A stretch of DNA of 19,846 nucleotides from Thermodesulfobacteriota bacterium (GCA_041572575.1 JBFFSH010000045.1:1-19846); one strand, 5' to 3'; positions 1 to 9,058 are shown, counted from the stretch's first letter. Notes: generated by a model not told the origin, from the sequence alone. Numbers and translations: made by a program.

Positions 1-1086
1 AATTTTTGTAAGCATCATCTCAAGCCACCATGTACCCTCTCTGCACTGTACGCACTGTCCGCAGGATTCATCCCTGTAAAAATGTGCGAGATTCTGGGCA
101 ACCCTAACCATACAGGTCTGATCATCCATTACTGTTACACCCGCAGTTCCAAGCATCGAACCCACTGCCGCAAGGGAATCAAAATCCATGGGCATATCAA
201 GTTCAGATGCATCCAGTATTGCTGAAGACGAGCCTCCGGGAGACATGGCCTTCACTTTCCTTCCATTTGGAACTCCACCGCCATATTCTTCTATTAGTTG
301 GCCTATTGGTATCCCAAGCGGAAGCTCATAAAGCCCGGGTTTATTTACGTGACCGCTAAGGCCATATATCTTTGTACCGGTGTTCTTGGGTTTTCCTATT
401 CCTAAAAACCATTCTGCGCCGTTATTTATTATATGCGGTACAAACGCAAGGGTTTCTACATTATTAATAATAGTTGGACATCCAAAAAGACCCACCTGAG
501 CAGGAAATGGAGGTTTTGGTCTTGGTTCACCATTCTTACCCTCGATTGATTCCAGTAGGGCAGTTTCTTCTCCGCAAATATAAGCGCCTGCTCCTCTGAA
601 CAGGACAATGTCTATATCATAGCCGGAGTTATTAACATTTTTTCCAAGATAAGCCTTTGTGTTGGCTTCTTCAATCGCTTCAGTGATTATTTTTGCAGCA
701 TACGGCATCTCACCACGGATATAAATGTACGCCTTATGAGAACCAATTGCATAGCATGCAATCGCTATGCCCTCCAGCATCTGATGAGGATCCTGCTCCA
801 TTATTTCCCTGTCTTTAAAACTTCCGGGTTCACTCTCATCTGCATTACAACACAGGTAAACCGGCTTGTTGGTATCCTTTGGAATAAATCCCCATTTAAT
901 CCCCGTAGGAAATCCTGCCCCTCCTCTTCCCCTTAGGCCCGACTTCTTAATGATATCGATCACTTCTTCAGGCTGCATTTTCAGTGCCTGCGCAAGCGCT
1001 TTATAACCTCCAGAAGATAAGTAAGACTGTAGAGTGTGTGAATTTTCCCTCTCTGTGTAATTTCTAATAATTTTTAGTTCAGGCAT
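1..1086 (-). CDS. nuoF: NADH-quinone oxidoreductase subunit F (partial, 3' end beyond left edge)
   Basis: Manual translation from ATG at 1086 (GAGGA RBS upstream) is open to base 1: MPELKII...SGLRGRGGAGFPTGIKW...CNADESEPGSFKDR...RGAGAYICGEETALLESIEG...PRPKPPFPAQVGLFGCPTIINNVETL...ESCGQCVQCREG. These are the FMN/NADH-binding and N3 Fe-S motifs of NuoF. Not in the ORF track because it is truncated. Confidence 0.96.
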   Translation of the reverse strand, partial: MPELKIIRNYTERENSHTLQSYLSSGGYKALAQALKMQPEEVIDIIKKSGLRGRGGAGFPTGIKWGFIPKDTNKPVYLCCNADESEPGSFKDREIMEQDPHQMLEGIAIACYAIGSHKAYIYIRGEMPYAAKIITEAIEEANTKAYLGKNVNNSGYDIDIVLFRGAGAYICGEETALLESIEGKNGEPRPKPPFPAQVGLFGCPTIINNVETLAFVPHIINNGAEWFLGIGKPKNTGTKIYGLSGHVNKPGLYELPLGIPIGQLIEEYGGGVPNGRKVKAMSPGGSSSAILDASELDMPMDFDSLAAVGSMLGTAGVTVMDDQTCMVRVAQNLAHFYRDESCGQCVQCREGTWWLEMMLTKI

Positions 1087-1177
1087 TAAATTTATTTCCT
1101 CAGGGTTTTAAAATGAGAACTTATTATATATCGATAAATCACGATTCCAATAAATAAATTTCAATTATTTTATTAAT

Positions 1178-1197
1178 ATTATTGTGATCTCAATAAT
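1178..1197. promoter_or_regulatory. Near-perfect 20-bp inverted repeat, candidate operator in the divergent nuoF/GGR intergenic region
   Basis: ATTATTG-TGATCT-CAATAAT has 9 of 10 pairs matching; it lies about midway between two divergent starts. The AT-rich background raises the chance of coincidence. Confidence 0.4.
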
Positions 1198-1310
1198 TTG
1201 TTCTATTAGTACACTAAGCCTTTAGTTTTAGTAATATTGAGTTGACTTTTATGGTTACTAATACATTTTTTCATGTTTAAATCATATCAATTTTCCAGAG
1301 ATAAATACAA

Positions 1311-2498
1311 TTGAAAACAGATTTTGACATAATAATAGTAGGGGGAGGACCAAGCGGATTATCAGCAGCTTCTTTCCTGTCAGATAAGGGTTATAGTGTA
1401 GCACTGTTCGACAGGAACTATGTAATTGGCAGTGATGTTATCTGCTCTGGTGTTATAAGTAACGAGGTATTCGATCGTTACGACCTTCCAACAAGTTCAA
1501 TTGTAGCAAAGCTAAAAGATGCCGAGCTTGTTTCACCCTATGGAAGCACGCTTCAGTATACTCACCCCGAACAGTCAGTATCGGTAGTAGACAGACATAA
1601 ATTTGATTTTGAACTTTTTCAAATAGCTAAGCAAAAGGGTGCTCGGATATATACAGGAGCTAATGTTAGATCAATCATAAAAAATGAACACTGTATTGAG
1701 GCAGAAGTAGCATTTGACAACAAAGTTAACAAATACAGATCAAAGCTGTTAGTGCTTGCTACAGGCGTGAGGTTTAACCTTCATCCAAAACTTGGTTTTG
1801 GAAGACCTAAGAAAATTCTAAAAGCAATACAGGTTGAAATAGATGAAATTCTTAGTGACAAATTAAAACTCTTTTGGGGAAGCCAGTATTCAGATGGTTT
1901 CTTTGGATGGTCAATTCCTCTTGATGACGGCAGGACAAGAGTGGGAGTTATGACAGAAAGTAACTCAAGAGAGTGTATCGGAAACCTGCTTACTGAACTA
2001 AACTATGATCAGCAGAGAAATCGTGGCTGCATCAATTTTAAACAGCGCGGAATTTCATTTGGTTCAATAGAAAAAAGCTACTCGGATAGAGTTATAGCAG
2101 TTGGTGAAGCTGCCGGGCTTGTAAAAACTACTACCGGCGGGGGAATATTCTACGGTATCCTTAGTGCCGAGATCGCTTGTGATGTTATAGACAGATGTTT
2201 TACTGAAGATGATTTTACCGAAAACACATTAAGTGATTATGAATCTGGCTGGAAAAATATAATAGGAAATGAAATCAAGCACGGACAGTATTTTCATAAC
2301 TTCTTTTCCAAGCTTAGCGACGAATCCATTGACGAACTTTTTGAAGCCGTAAACAAGGACGGTCTTTTTGATTATATCTCAAGAAGCGGGAATTTTGACT
2401 GGCACAGTGGAACAGTTGTAAAGATTCTAAGAAGCCCCAACATTAGAAGAGTTCTTCTAAATGGATTTGTTAGTAGCAAGCTTAAGCTTGCTATCTAG
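1311..2498 (+). CDS. Geranylgeranyl reductase family FAD-dependent oxidoreductase
   Basis: N-terminal Rossmann motif DIIIVGGGPSGLSAA, ICSG, DRHKFD, GFFGWSIP (GYxWxFP-like) and VGEAAGLVKTTTGGGI (GDAAG...TGGGI-like); 395 aa; TTG start. Confidence 0.85.
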   Translation: MKTDFDIIIVGGGPSGLSAASFLSDKGYSVALFDRNYVIGSDVICSGVISNEVFDRYDLPTSSIVAKLKDAELVSPYGSTLQYTHPEQSVSVVDRHKFDFELFQIAKQKGARIYTGANVRSIIKNEHCIEAEVAFDNKVNKYRSKLLVLATGVRFNLHPKLGFGRPKKILKAIQVEIDEILSDKLKLFWGSQYSDGFFGWSIPLDDGRTRVGVMTESNSRECIGNLLTELNYDQQRNRGCINFKQRGISFGSIEKSYSDRVIAVGEAAGLVKTTTGGGIFYGILSAEIACDVIDRCFTEDDFTENTLSDYESGWKNIIGNEIKHGQYFHNFFSKLSDESIDELFEAVNKDGLFDYISRSGNFDWHSGTVVKILRSPNIRRVLLNGFVSSKLKLAI

Positions 2499-3700
2499 TC
2501 TGCCTTACCCTCAAGTATATCCACCACATATTTTGAAAAAGCCATTGATGTAGTAAAACCCGGTGATATTGCGTTTAAGACATGAACCGAATCTCCATCT
2601 CCAAGTACTATAAAATCCATCACCAGTTTTTTTGTCGGCCAGTGTACAAGCTGTGGTCTTATGCCAACCTTTGTGCTGTTTTCCAGATCAGAAGGTTTTA
2701 ATATTGGAAGCAGAGTCTTTGCCTCAGAGTAAAAATAATGATCAAAATATTTCTTTATTTCATTTACAGCTGCACTCCTGAATGACCTGTTAAATAGAGT
2801 TAAGAGTCCATCCCTTAATAGAATTTCAAGTGTTTCTCCATCCAGATTTTCAAATAAATTATAGTTTTCTCTACTTAGTGCAGGGATGGCAGTAGGACCT
2901 GCGTAAACAGTTCCATCAACACTTTTAGTAAAATGAACGCCCAAAAAAGGGTTATTGAGATCCGGTACAGGGTAGATATTGCACCTTACAAGCTCAGAAG
3001 CCCCGTTCTTTAATTTTTTATATGTTCCTTTAAAAGGAATAAGATTATAGTCCTTTGCAAGTCCAAATTTCTGTGCAATCTTTTCTGCATAAGCTCCGGC
3101 AGCATTTATAATTTTTTTATACCTTATTTCCCCTCCCGAAGTTCTGGCTGCGCTATTTCCAATAAGACCGTGGAATGAAGTCTTGTATTTAATTTCAACC
3201 TTTCCTGTTGCTCTAAGAGCATTAGTAAGGTGATTAAGAATTTCGGTAGGCTTTACTACAGAAGTTTCCGGACAGTATAGTGCTTTTTGCAGGGTAGACG
3301 CATTTGGTTCTATCTCAGCAAGTTCTTTTTCATTTATGATATTTGCAACTGCACCCGCATGATCTGCCCTTCTTTTTAGTTCATACAGGTTTTCCAGTTT
3401 CTTTTCGTCTGTGGCTACAATAACCTTTCCAACGGTATTGATTGGGAGGTTGTTATCCTCACAGTACTTTGTCATGAGGTGATTGCCTTCTACACAAAAC
3501 CTGGCTTTGAGAGTGCCTGGTGAATAGTACACCCCTGAATGCAGTACCCCGCTGTTTCTGCCGCTTGCGTGGGTACCCGTATGACTTTCCTTATCTATGA
3601 TAATAATGTTTTCATAGTTTCTTTTGATAAGCTCATTTGCAATAGTAAGCCCTGTAATTCCTGAGCCAATTATGAGCACATCACATTCTGATTTATCCAT
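2495..3700 (-). CDS. lhgO: L-2-hydroxyglutarate oxidase (LhgO/MQO-like FAD oxidoreductase)
   Basis: IIGSGITG, HASGRNSGVLHSGVYYSPGTLKARFC, NIYPVPDLNNPFLGVHFT, GPTA, VGIRPQ and HVLNAISPGFTTS are typical LhgO motifs. Confidence 0.88.
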   Translation of the reverse strand: MDKSECDVLIIGSGITGLTIANELIKRNYENIIIIDKESHTGTHASGRNSGVLHSGVYYSPGTLKARFCVEGNHLMTKYCEDNNLPINTVGKVIVATDEKKLENLYELKRRADHAGAVANIINEKELAEIEPNASTLQKALYCPETSVVKPTEILNHLTNALRATGKVEIKYKTSFHGLIGNSAARTSGGEIRYKKIINAAGAYAEKIAQKFGLAKDYNLIPFKGTYKKLKNGASELVRCNIYPVPDLNNPFLGVHFTKSVDGTVYAGPTAIPALSRENYNLFENLDGETLEILLRDGLLTLFNRSFRSAAVNEIKKYFDHYFYSEAKTLLPILKPSDLENSTKVGIRPQLVHWPTKKLVMDFIVLGDGDSVHVLNAISPGFTTSMAFSKYVVDILEGKAD

Positions 3701-3805
3701 TATGTTTAATTAAAAAATAAGTCATCAATACTATGGAGTATCTACCCAATACGCTTAAGTCATCAAAATTATTAGTAAATTACAAATATTATATTATTTC
3801 TCTGT

Positions 3806-3834
3806 TTGACCATCACCCTAATTTATGCTACTTT
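3806..3834 (+). promoter_or_regulatory. Sigma70-type promoter for carD
   Basis: TTGACC (3806-3811), 17-nt spacer, extended -10 TG-c-TACTTT (TG 3826-3827, hexamer 3829-3834), 45 nt upstream of the carD ATG. Confidence 0.6.
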
Positions 3835-3849
3835 ATTAGTTCTAGTCAA
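3820..3849 (-). promoter_or_regulatory. Sigma70-type promoter for lhgO, overlapping the carD promoter
   Basis: Minus strand TTGACT (3849-3844), 18-nt spacer, TAAATT (3825-3820), pointing toward the lhgO start at 3700. Confidence 0.45.
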
Positions 3850-3879
3850 GGGGTTTTAAATCTTACAAGGTAATAATTA

Positions 3880-4374
3880 ATGCTAAAAATCGGAGAGAAC
3901 GGAGTATATCCTGCTCATGGGGTAGTTGAAGTGGTAGGTATAGAGAGCAAGGAATTCAGTGGTACAGCAAAACAGTTTTATATCCTAAAGGTACTCGACA
4001 ACGAAGTAACTGTAATGGTACCTACTGATAATGCAAATACTGTGGGGTTAAGACCTCTTGTAGCAAAGAACAAGGTTCCGCGTGTATATAATATCCTTGG
4101 AAACAAAGATAAAGTTAATACCAGCAACAATAACGGAAACCAGAGCTGGAATAAACGTTACAGGGAATATGCCGACAAACTCAAAAGTGGTGATATTTTT
4201 GAGGTTGCTTCCGTACTAAGAGAGATAAAGTTACTTCAAAACGGCAAGGAGCTTTCTTTTGGTGAGCGTAGAATAATGGACTCTGCACTCGGCCTGCTTA
4301 TAAAGGAAATATCACTGTCCAAAAATCAAAAAGAAGATAAAGTAGAAACAGAAATCAAGAAGCTGCTTGGTTAA
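3880..4374 (+). CDS. carD: CarD/CdnL family RNA-polymerase-binding transcription regulator
   Basis: VYPAHGV, VMVPTDNANTVGLRPL (RNAP-interaction domain), SWNKRYREY with the conserved Trp, KLKSGDIFEVASVLR, LSFGERR; 164 aa. Confidence 0.95.
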   Translation: MLKIGENGVYPAHGVVEVVGIESKEFSGTAKQFYILKVLDNEVTVMVPTDNANTVGLRPLVAKNKVPRVYNILGNKDKVNTSNNNGNQSWNKRYREYADKLKSGDIFEVASVLREIKLLQNGKELSFGERRIMDSALGLLIKEISLSKNQKEDKVETEIKKLLG

Positions 4375-4430
4375 ATCTATTAAATTTTCTTTCTCTAAAT
4401 CCAACTCAGTAATTAATTCTTAAAAAGTAG

Positions 4431-5840
4431 TTAGTTTACTAGGCTCTTTCCGTCTAAGGCATCCGGCACATCATATCCCAAGAGCTCAAGCACTGTAGGA
4501 AACAGATCTACTGTTCTGAGATATTCACTATTTATATCTGCATTTATGGCAATTGGAACCATCATATGATCCCTGTGCAGTGAACCATGGGAAGAGCCGT
4601 GTTCGGGATTTTCATGCTTAGCCCTCAGGTCATAACCAAGATTTGCTGATACGACGATATCCCCCGCCCTTGGTGACTCAAACAATTGGTTTATCTGTAA
4701 AAGTGCATCGGGATAGTCTGTATTATAGCTTAATTGGAGTGATTCTGTGCTGTTCATAACAGCCGGCAATGATTTATAACCAAATGGATCACCATCTGTA
4801 ACTTCATATCCAATTCTGTTTTCTGAATCAATCCATGTGCGAGCACTGCCGCGTTTACTCATAATTTTAATTCTATTATCAGGTTGTCTGCAAAGAAGTA
4901 TATCAATCTCAGGTCTTTGTACCAATTTGTTTTCAAAACCATTTAAATCACGTACGTTAAATCCATTCCAGTTTGATTCACCCTTAAAATAAAGATTGGA
5001 CATAGAATTGCCCGATACCATATTTGCCGCTGTAGCACCAATGAAATTATGAAAAACATATGGATAGTAGAGAGTTTTATACCCACTGTCGTTCATAAAT
5101 TCCAGCAAATCAAAATGTGAGTGAGTCTGAGTGAGCCCATGATCACTTACAATAAGTATAAGAGTATCATCGAGCTTATTAGTTTCTAAAAGAGTCTTTG
5201 CAAGCTTTCCAACTGTATTATCTATTATGCTGTAAGAATCCATAACATGTTTGTGAAATGGGTGAGTAAGGTGAGAGTAATTATCAATACCAAGAAAAAC
5301 CACAAACGAAAACTCTGGCAGATTGGTGCTATGATCCAGAATAATGCGCCTGGATACCTCATCCACTTCGTTTGTTTTTTCAGTAAAATGGCTCTTTAGC
5401 TTATAATATATTTTTGAATATTTGGTTTTGTCTCTTCCTGCAGTTATTCCTCTAGATATTTCATTTAGAATGCTAAGGCTGTCTGGAATAATCTCAAAAA
5501 TGGTTTTGTGCTCTGTGGATATATCACGGTTCATTAAATATGTTTCATAGCCTATATAACTGCGAAACCTCTTGTAAGAGAAAAAGGTTTTAGAAAATTC
5601 TTTCTTATCAAACCATCTGATCCCTGGGAAATTACACCTGCCCGGGAATTTGCCGAGTAAATAAGGTGTATAAGCCGGGCCTGTTGTAGAAGGAAAAACA
5701 GTAACCGCGTTAGTGCACGTTCCTTTTTCTACAACATATTTTGAAATGTTGGGAAGATCGCCTTTACTTAGGAGCTGCGCGAATACATCTGGTCTTGCCC
5801 CATCTGCCATAATAAAAATACATCTATTAAATTTGCTCAA
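4431..5840 (-). CDS. Alkaline phosphatase superfamily protein (nucleotide pyrophosphatase/phosphodiesterase type)
   Basis: ADGARPD metal ligand, FPSTTGP Thr nucleophile motif, DNYSH, VSDHG and SSHGS; GGGAGA RBS before TTG; no signal peptide. Confidence 0.85.
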   Translation of the reverse strand: MSKFNRCIFIMADGARPDVFAQLLSKGDLPNISKYVVEKGTCTNAVTVFPSTTGPAYTPYLLGKFPGRCNFPGIRWFDKKEFSKTFFSYKRFRSYIGYETYLMNRDISTEHKTIFEIIPDSLSILNEISRGITAGRDKTKYSKIYYKLKSHFTEKTNEVDEVSRRIILDHSTNLPEFSFVVFLGIDNYSHLTHPFHKHVMDSYSIIDNTVGKLAKTLLETNKLDDTLILIVSDHGLTQTHSHFDLLEFMNDSGYKTLYYPYVFHNFIGATAANMVSGNSMSNLYFKGESNWNGFNVRDLNGFENKLVQRPEIDILLCRQPDNRIKIMSKRGSARTWIDSENRIGYEVTDGDPFGYKSLPAVMNSTESLQLSYNTDYPDALLQINQLFESPRAGDIVVSANLGYDLRAKHENPEHGSSHGSLHRDHMMVPIAINADINSEYLRTVDLFPTVLELLGYDVPDALDGKSLVN

Positions 5841-5925
5841 AAAACTATATCTCCCAATTTATAATAATATTAAGGATTAATTACTAGCATGAATGAAACA
5901 TAAAAGTATATCTTCTGAAAATATA

Positions 5926-8691
5926 TTAAGAAAAATAGGAATTGTAAATTTTCCGTATTTTTTTAGTAACAGATTTATATTCTTTTAACAGGGACTCTCC
6001 GCTTGTATTAAATATTATTTCGCCGGCTTTATTAAAATCATCTATTTGTATATCACTTGTTGCCTTATCTTGTATGAGCCTAACGGCATTTTCGATACGC
6101 CTTAAAAATTTGTATCCTGTATCTAATGTCTTAAATTCACTCTCACTAATAATTGCCTCATTAAAAAGGGATGCTAAAGCCTCTATGGTGTTAGTCTGTC
6201 TGATTATTTTAAGTTTTGCGCCATGCTTTAGCTGTAATAACTGGACTATAAAATCAATATCTACAAGCCCCCCATGACCCGTTTTTATATTAAATTTAGT
6301 TTTAGTTTCCTTTGCAAGCTCAAGCTCCATTCTTTTTCTAAGACGCGATATTTCTTTTATTGATTCATCTTGCAGCGGCTGTTTATATACAAAACTCTCA
6401 ATTGTACTCATTACTTTTTTTGCAAGCTGTTTATCTCCGGCAATTACTCTTGCCTTCAGCAGAGCCTGCCTTTCCCAAAGCATTGCTCCTTTTTTATGGT
6501 GATTTTTAAATGACTCCAGAGATGATACCAGCGCTCCTGCATTGCCGGAAGGCCTGAGGCCCATATCTATTTTAAAAGCAAAACCTTCTCCTGTTGGTAT
6601 AGAAAGTACTGATATTAATTTTTGCCCAAGCTTTGAATAATATTCATGGTCATCTCCATTATAGACAAAAATAACATCGAGATCGGAATTATATCCCATC
6701 TCCATTCCGCCGAGCTTGCCCATTCCTATTACTACAATTTCTTTTTTCCTGCTTTTAGCAGGCTTCATTTCTTTTAGCGCAACCTCAAGTCCTACATTTA
6801 CGACTGCATCGGCTATCATCGATATGTAATTGCCCAAATATCCTGGTTCAAGCTCGCCGTTTAAATACATCATGCTGAGTTTTAATGTTTCTACATGTTT
6901 AAAACGTCTTAGAGAATCCAGTTTGCCTTCAAAGTCAGGCTCTTTTTTTACTGTATCACTAAGCTCGGCCATCATCTCTTCACTGCTTTTATAATCTTTC
7001 CATACACTCCTTAGGGTAAGAATATCAAGATACTCGGGATGTTTGATTAAAAATGCTGATAAATATGCGCTTGTAGAAAAAAGTTTCGAAAGAAGGGCAC
7101 AAATCTCAGGATTTTCAAGAAGCACACTGTATATTGAACTTCTGGAGCCAATACTGGAAAGAAACCTATCTACGTTTCTAAGTGACACGTCGGGGTTTAC
7201 CGAGGAGATCACATATTTAAGAAGTACTGGTATAATTTTTCTAGAGAGCGACCTGCCCCGTTGTGTAAGGCCACCTTTTTTAGGGTTTAAGAGTATTTCA
7301 ATGATAATAAGGGCAGTCTTTGGATCTTTAAATCCAAGCTCACTTAATTTACTTGTGGCCTGCTCTTCGGATATATGCCCTTCAGTTAAAAAATCGGCAA
7401 GCTCCCAAAACTCTTTCCCACTCTGTTCAATCTTTTGTGATGACTCCAAGAACAATTTATTGTAGATTTCAGAAACATTGTTTGTAATCCTGGAATACTC
7501 TTTTGCAAACTCCTTTTCATTTTTAAGGCCAACCCTTTTTGCAAGCAGTTGCAAATCCTCTGATTTTGTGGGAAGCGCATGAGTCTGCTTTTCTTCAACA
7601 AGCTGTATGAAGTGTTCAGTTTTTCTTAAGAATATATAAGATGATTCCAGAGTCTGCCTTATATCATCAGAGATAAATTTAAGTTCGGTTAATATTTCAA
7701 GTGTTTTCAATAAGCTGTTTGATCTTAACTGTTTTAAGGTTCCACCGTGAATAAGCTGAAATGCATTTACGAAAAACTCGATCTCCCTGATTCCTCCCTT
7801 CCCAAGCTTTACGTCACCTACCTTATGAAGACTATCGAGCTTAAATTTCATCTCTTTTATATCTTCAATCGATGCATAATCGAGATGCCTTTTATAGATA
7901 AAATTTTCTACCTCTTCTAAAAACCTGTTTCCAAGCTCAAGATTTCCAGCAATTGGTCTTGCTTTTATAAGAGCCCCCCTCTCCCACGTATCACCCCAAT
8001 AGTTATAGTGCTCCAAAGAGCCCTCTAAAGACACTGCGATTGGGCTTTTACCCCCGCCAGGCCTTAGCCCGAGATCGACTCTGTACAAAAATCCGTCTTC
8101 AGTTCTGTTGCTGAGAGTTTTTGTGATGTTCTCTGCAAATTTAAATATGGGTTCCAGGTTCTCAGTACCATCAAATAAATATATCAAATCAATATCTGAG
8201 CTTAGGTTTAACTCTCTTCCACCAAGCTTTCCCATTGCAATAACTACAAAGTTATCCCAGATACTCGTATCATCTTTGGAGTGGAAAAAGAGCACTGAGC
8301 TTACAATGGCTGATGCCAGATCTGAAAGTTCTTGCATTGTCTGCACGAACACGCTGCTGTCTCTTATATCTTTTAGGATTATCCTTGCAAATTCTTTGTA
8401 TTTGTACCTTTTAATTTCAGACTGAAACTGGTTTATGTTCTGCGATTTATTGGATATCTCGTTAGCATCATTCAGCAGCTCTTCATATGGTTTATGATTC
8501 TTGGTATATTTTGAGGTTACTAAATAGTCCAAAATTGTGGGGTTTCTTGTAATTTCTCTGCCAATAAATCGGCTGTAAGAGGATAAATGGAACAGTATAT
8601 CCTCTTTTTTTTTAGATACTTTTTTGTTTACCTGCCTGAATATATCAAGAGTATTACCGGCGTTTACTTCATCTGGATAAACATCAGTCAA
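5926..8691 (-). CDS. glnE: Bifunctional glutamine synthetase adenylyltransferase/adenylyl-removing enzyme
   Basis: Two nucleotidyltransferase domains (MGKLGGRELNLSSDIDLI...RVDLGLRPGG...WERGALIKAR...VKLGKGGIREIEF and MGKLGGMEMGYNSDLDVI...IDMGLRPSG...WERQALLKAR...IKTGHGGLVDIDF); 921 aa. Confidence 0.96.
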   Translation of the reverse strand: MTDVYPDEVNAGNTLDIFRQVNKKVSKKKEDILFHLSSYSRFIGREITRNPTILDYLVTSKYTKNHKPYEELLNDANEISNKSQNINQFQSEIKRYKYKEFARIILKDIRDSSVFVQTMQELSDLASAIVSSVLFFHSKDDTSIWDNFVVIAMGKLGGRELNLSSDIDLIYLFDGTENLEPIFKFAENITKTLSNRTEDGFLYRVDLGLRPGGGKSPIAVSLEGSLEHYNYWGDTWERGALIKARPIAGNLELGNRFLEEVENFIYKRHLDYASIEDIKEMKFKLDSLHKVGDVKLGKGGIREIEFFVNAFQLIHGGTLKQLRSNSLLKTLEILTELKFISDDIRQTLESSYIFLRKTEHFIQLVEEKQTHALPTKSEDLQLLAKRVGLKNEKEFAKEYSRITNNVSEIYNKLFLESSQKIEQSGKEFWELADFLTEGHISEEQATSKLSELGFKDPKTALIIIEILLNPKKGGLTQRGRSLSRKIIPVLLKYVISSVNPDVSLRNVDRFLSSIGSRSSIYSVLLENPEICALLSKLFSTSAYLSAFLIKHPEYLDILTLRSVWKDYKSSEEMMAELSDTVKKEPDFEGKLDSLRRFKHVETLKLSMMYLNGELEPGYLGNYISMIADAVVNVGLEVALKEMKPAKSRKKEIVVIGMGKLGGMEMGYNSDLDVIFVYNGDDHEYYSKLGQKLISVLSIPTGEGFAFKIDMGLRPSGNAGALVSSLESFKNHHKKGAMLWERQALLKARVIAGDKQLAKKVMSTIESFVYKQPLQDESIKEISRLRKRMELELAKETKTKFNIKTGHGGLVDIDFIVQLLQLKHGAKLKIIRQTNTIEALASLFNEAIISESEFKTLDTGYKFLRRIENAVRLIQDKATSDIQIDDFNKAGEIIFNTSGESLLKEYKSVTKKIRKIYNSYFS

Positions 8692-8965
8692 TTTCTATTT
8701 TCCTTGATTTCTTTTTAGATTTAGAAGATGATTTTTCAGAAGATTGAGAACATTCATTTACAGCTTCAGCAAACTTGATAAACAGATCAAGGCCCTGATC
8801 GAGGAATTCACCGGTATTTTCCAGTATCTGTTTTCTGTAATTCTTGCTCTTAGACATTTCTCTCATACCCTTTAACATATAAGCAGAGGCAATGAGGCCT
8901 TCTTTTGCAGCATTTTGAAAATGAGCTCTTGCAGTATTTAGATCAGATTTTCTTTTTTTCTTCAT
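8684..8965 (-). CDS. Small basic helical hypothetical protein
   Basis: 93-aa ORF with a strong GAGGGG RBS; its stop overlaps the glnE TTG start (TTGACTGA). Confidence 0.75.
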   Translation of the reverse strand: MKKKRKSDLNTARAHFQNAAKEGLIASAYMLKGMREMSKSKNYRKQILENTGEFLDQGLDLFIKFAEAVNECSQSSEKSSSKSKKKSRKIEID

Positions 8966-9058
8966 ATTCTAACCCCTCACTACTAAATTTATATCTACAA
9001 ATAGAAGTTTAACACATTATCGAAAACACTAAACTTAATTACAGATAAGCTATACAGA

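Noticed and set aside
736..936. 66-aa + strand ORF
   Set aside because: Antisense shadow of nuoF.
4375..4430. Expected bidirectional terminator between carD and the NPP gene
   Set aside because: No GC-rich hairpin with a U-tract is visible.
6074..8425. ORFs 6074-6277, 7043-7465, 7386-7601 and 8108-8425
   Set aside because: Antisense or out-of-frame within glnE; no recognisable motifs.
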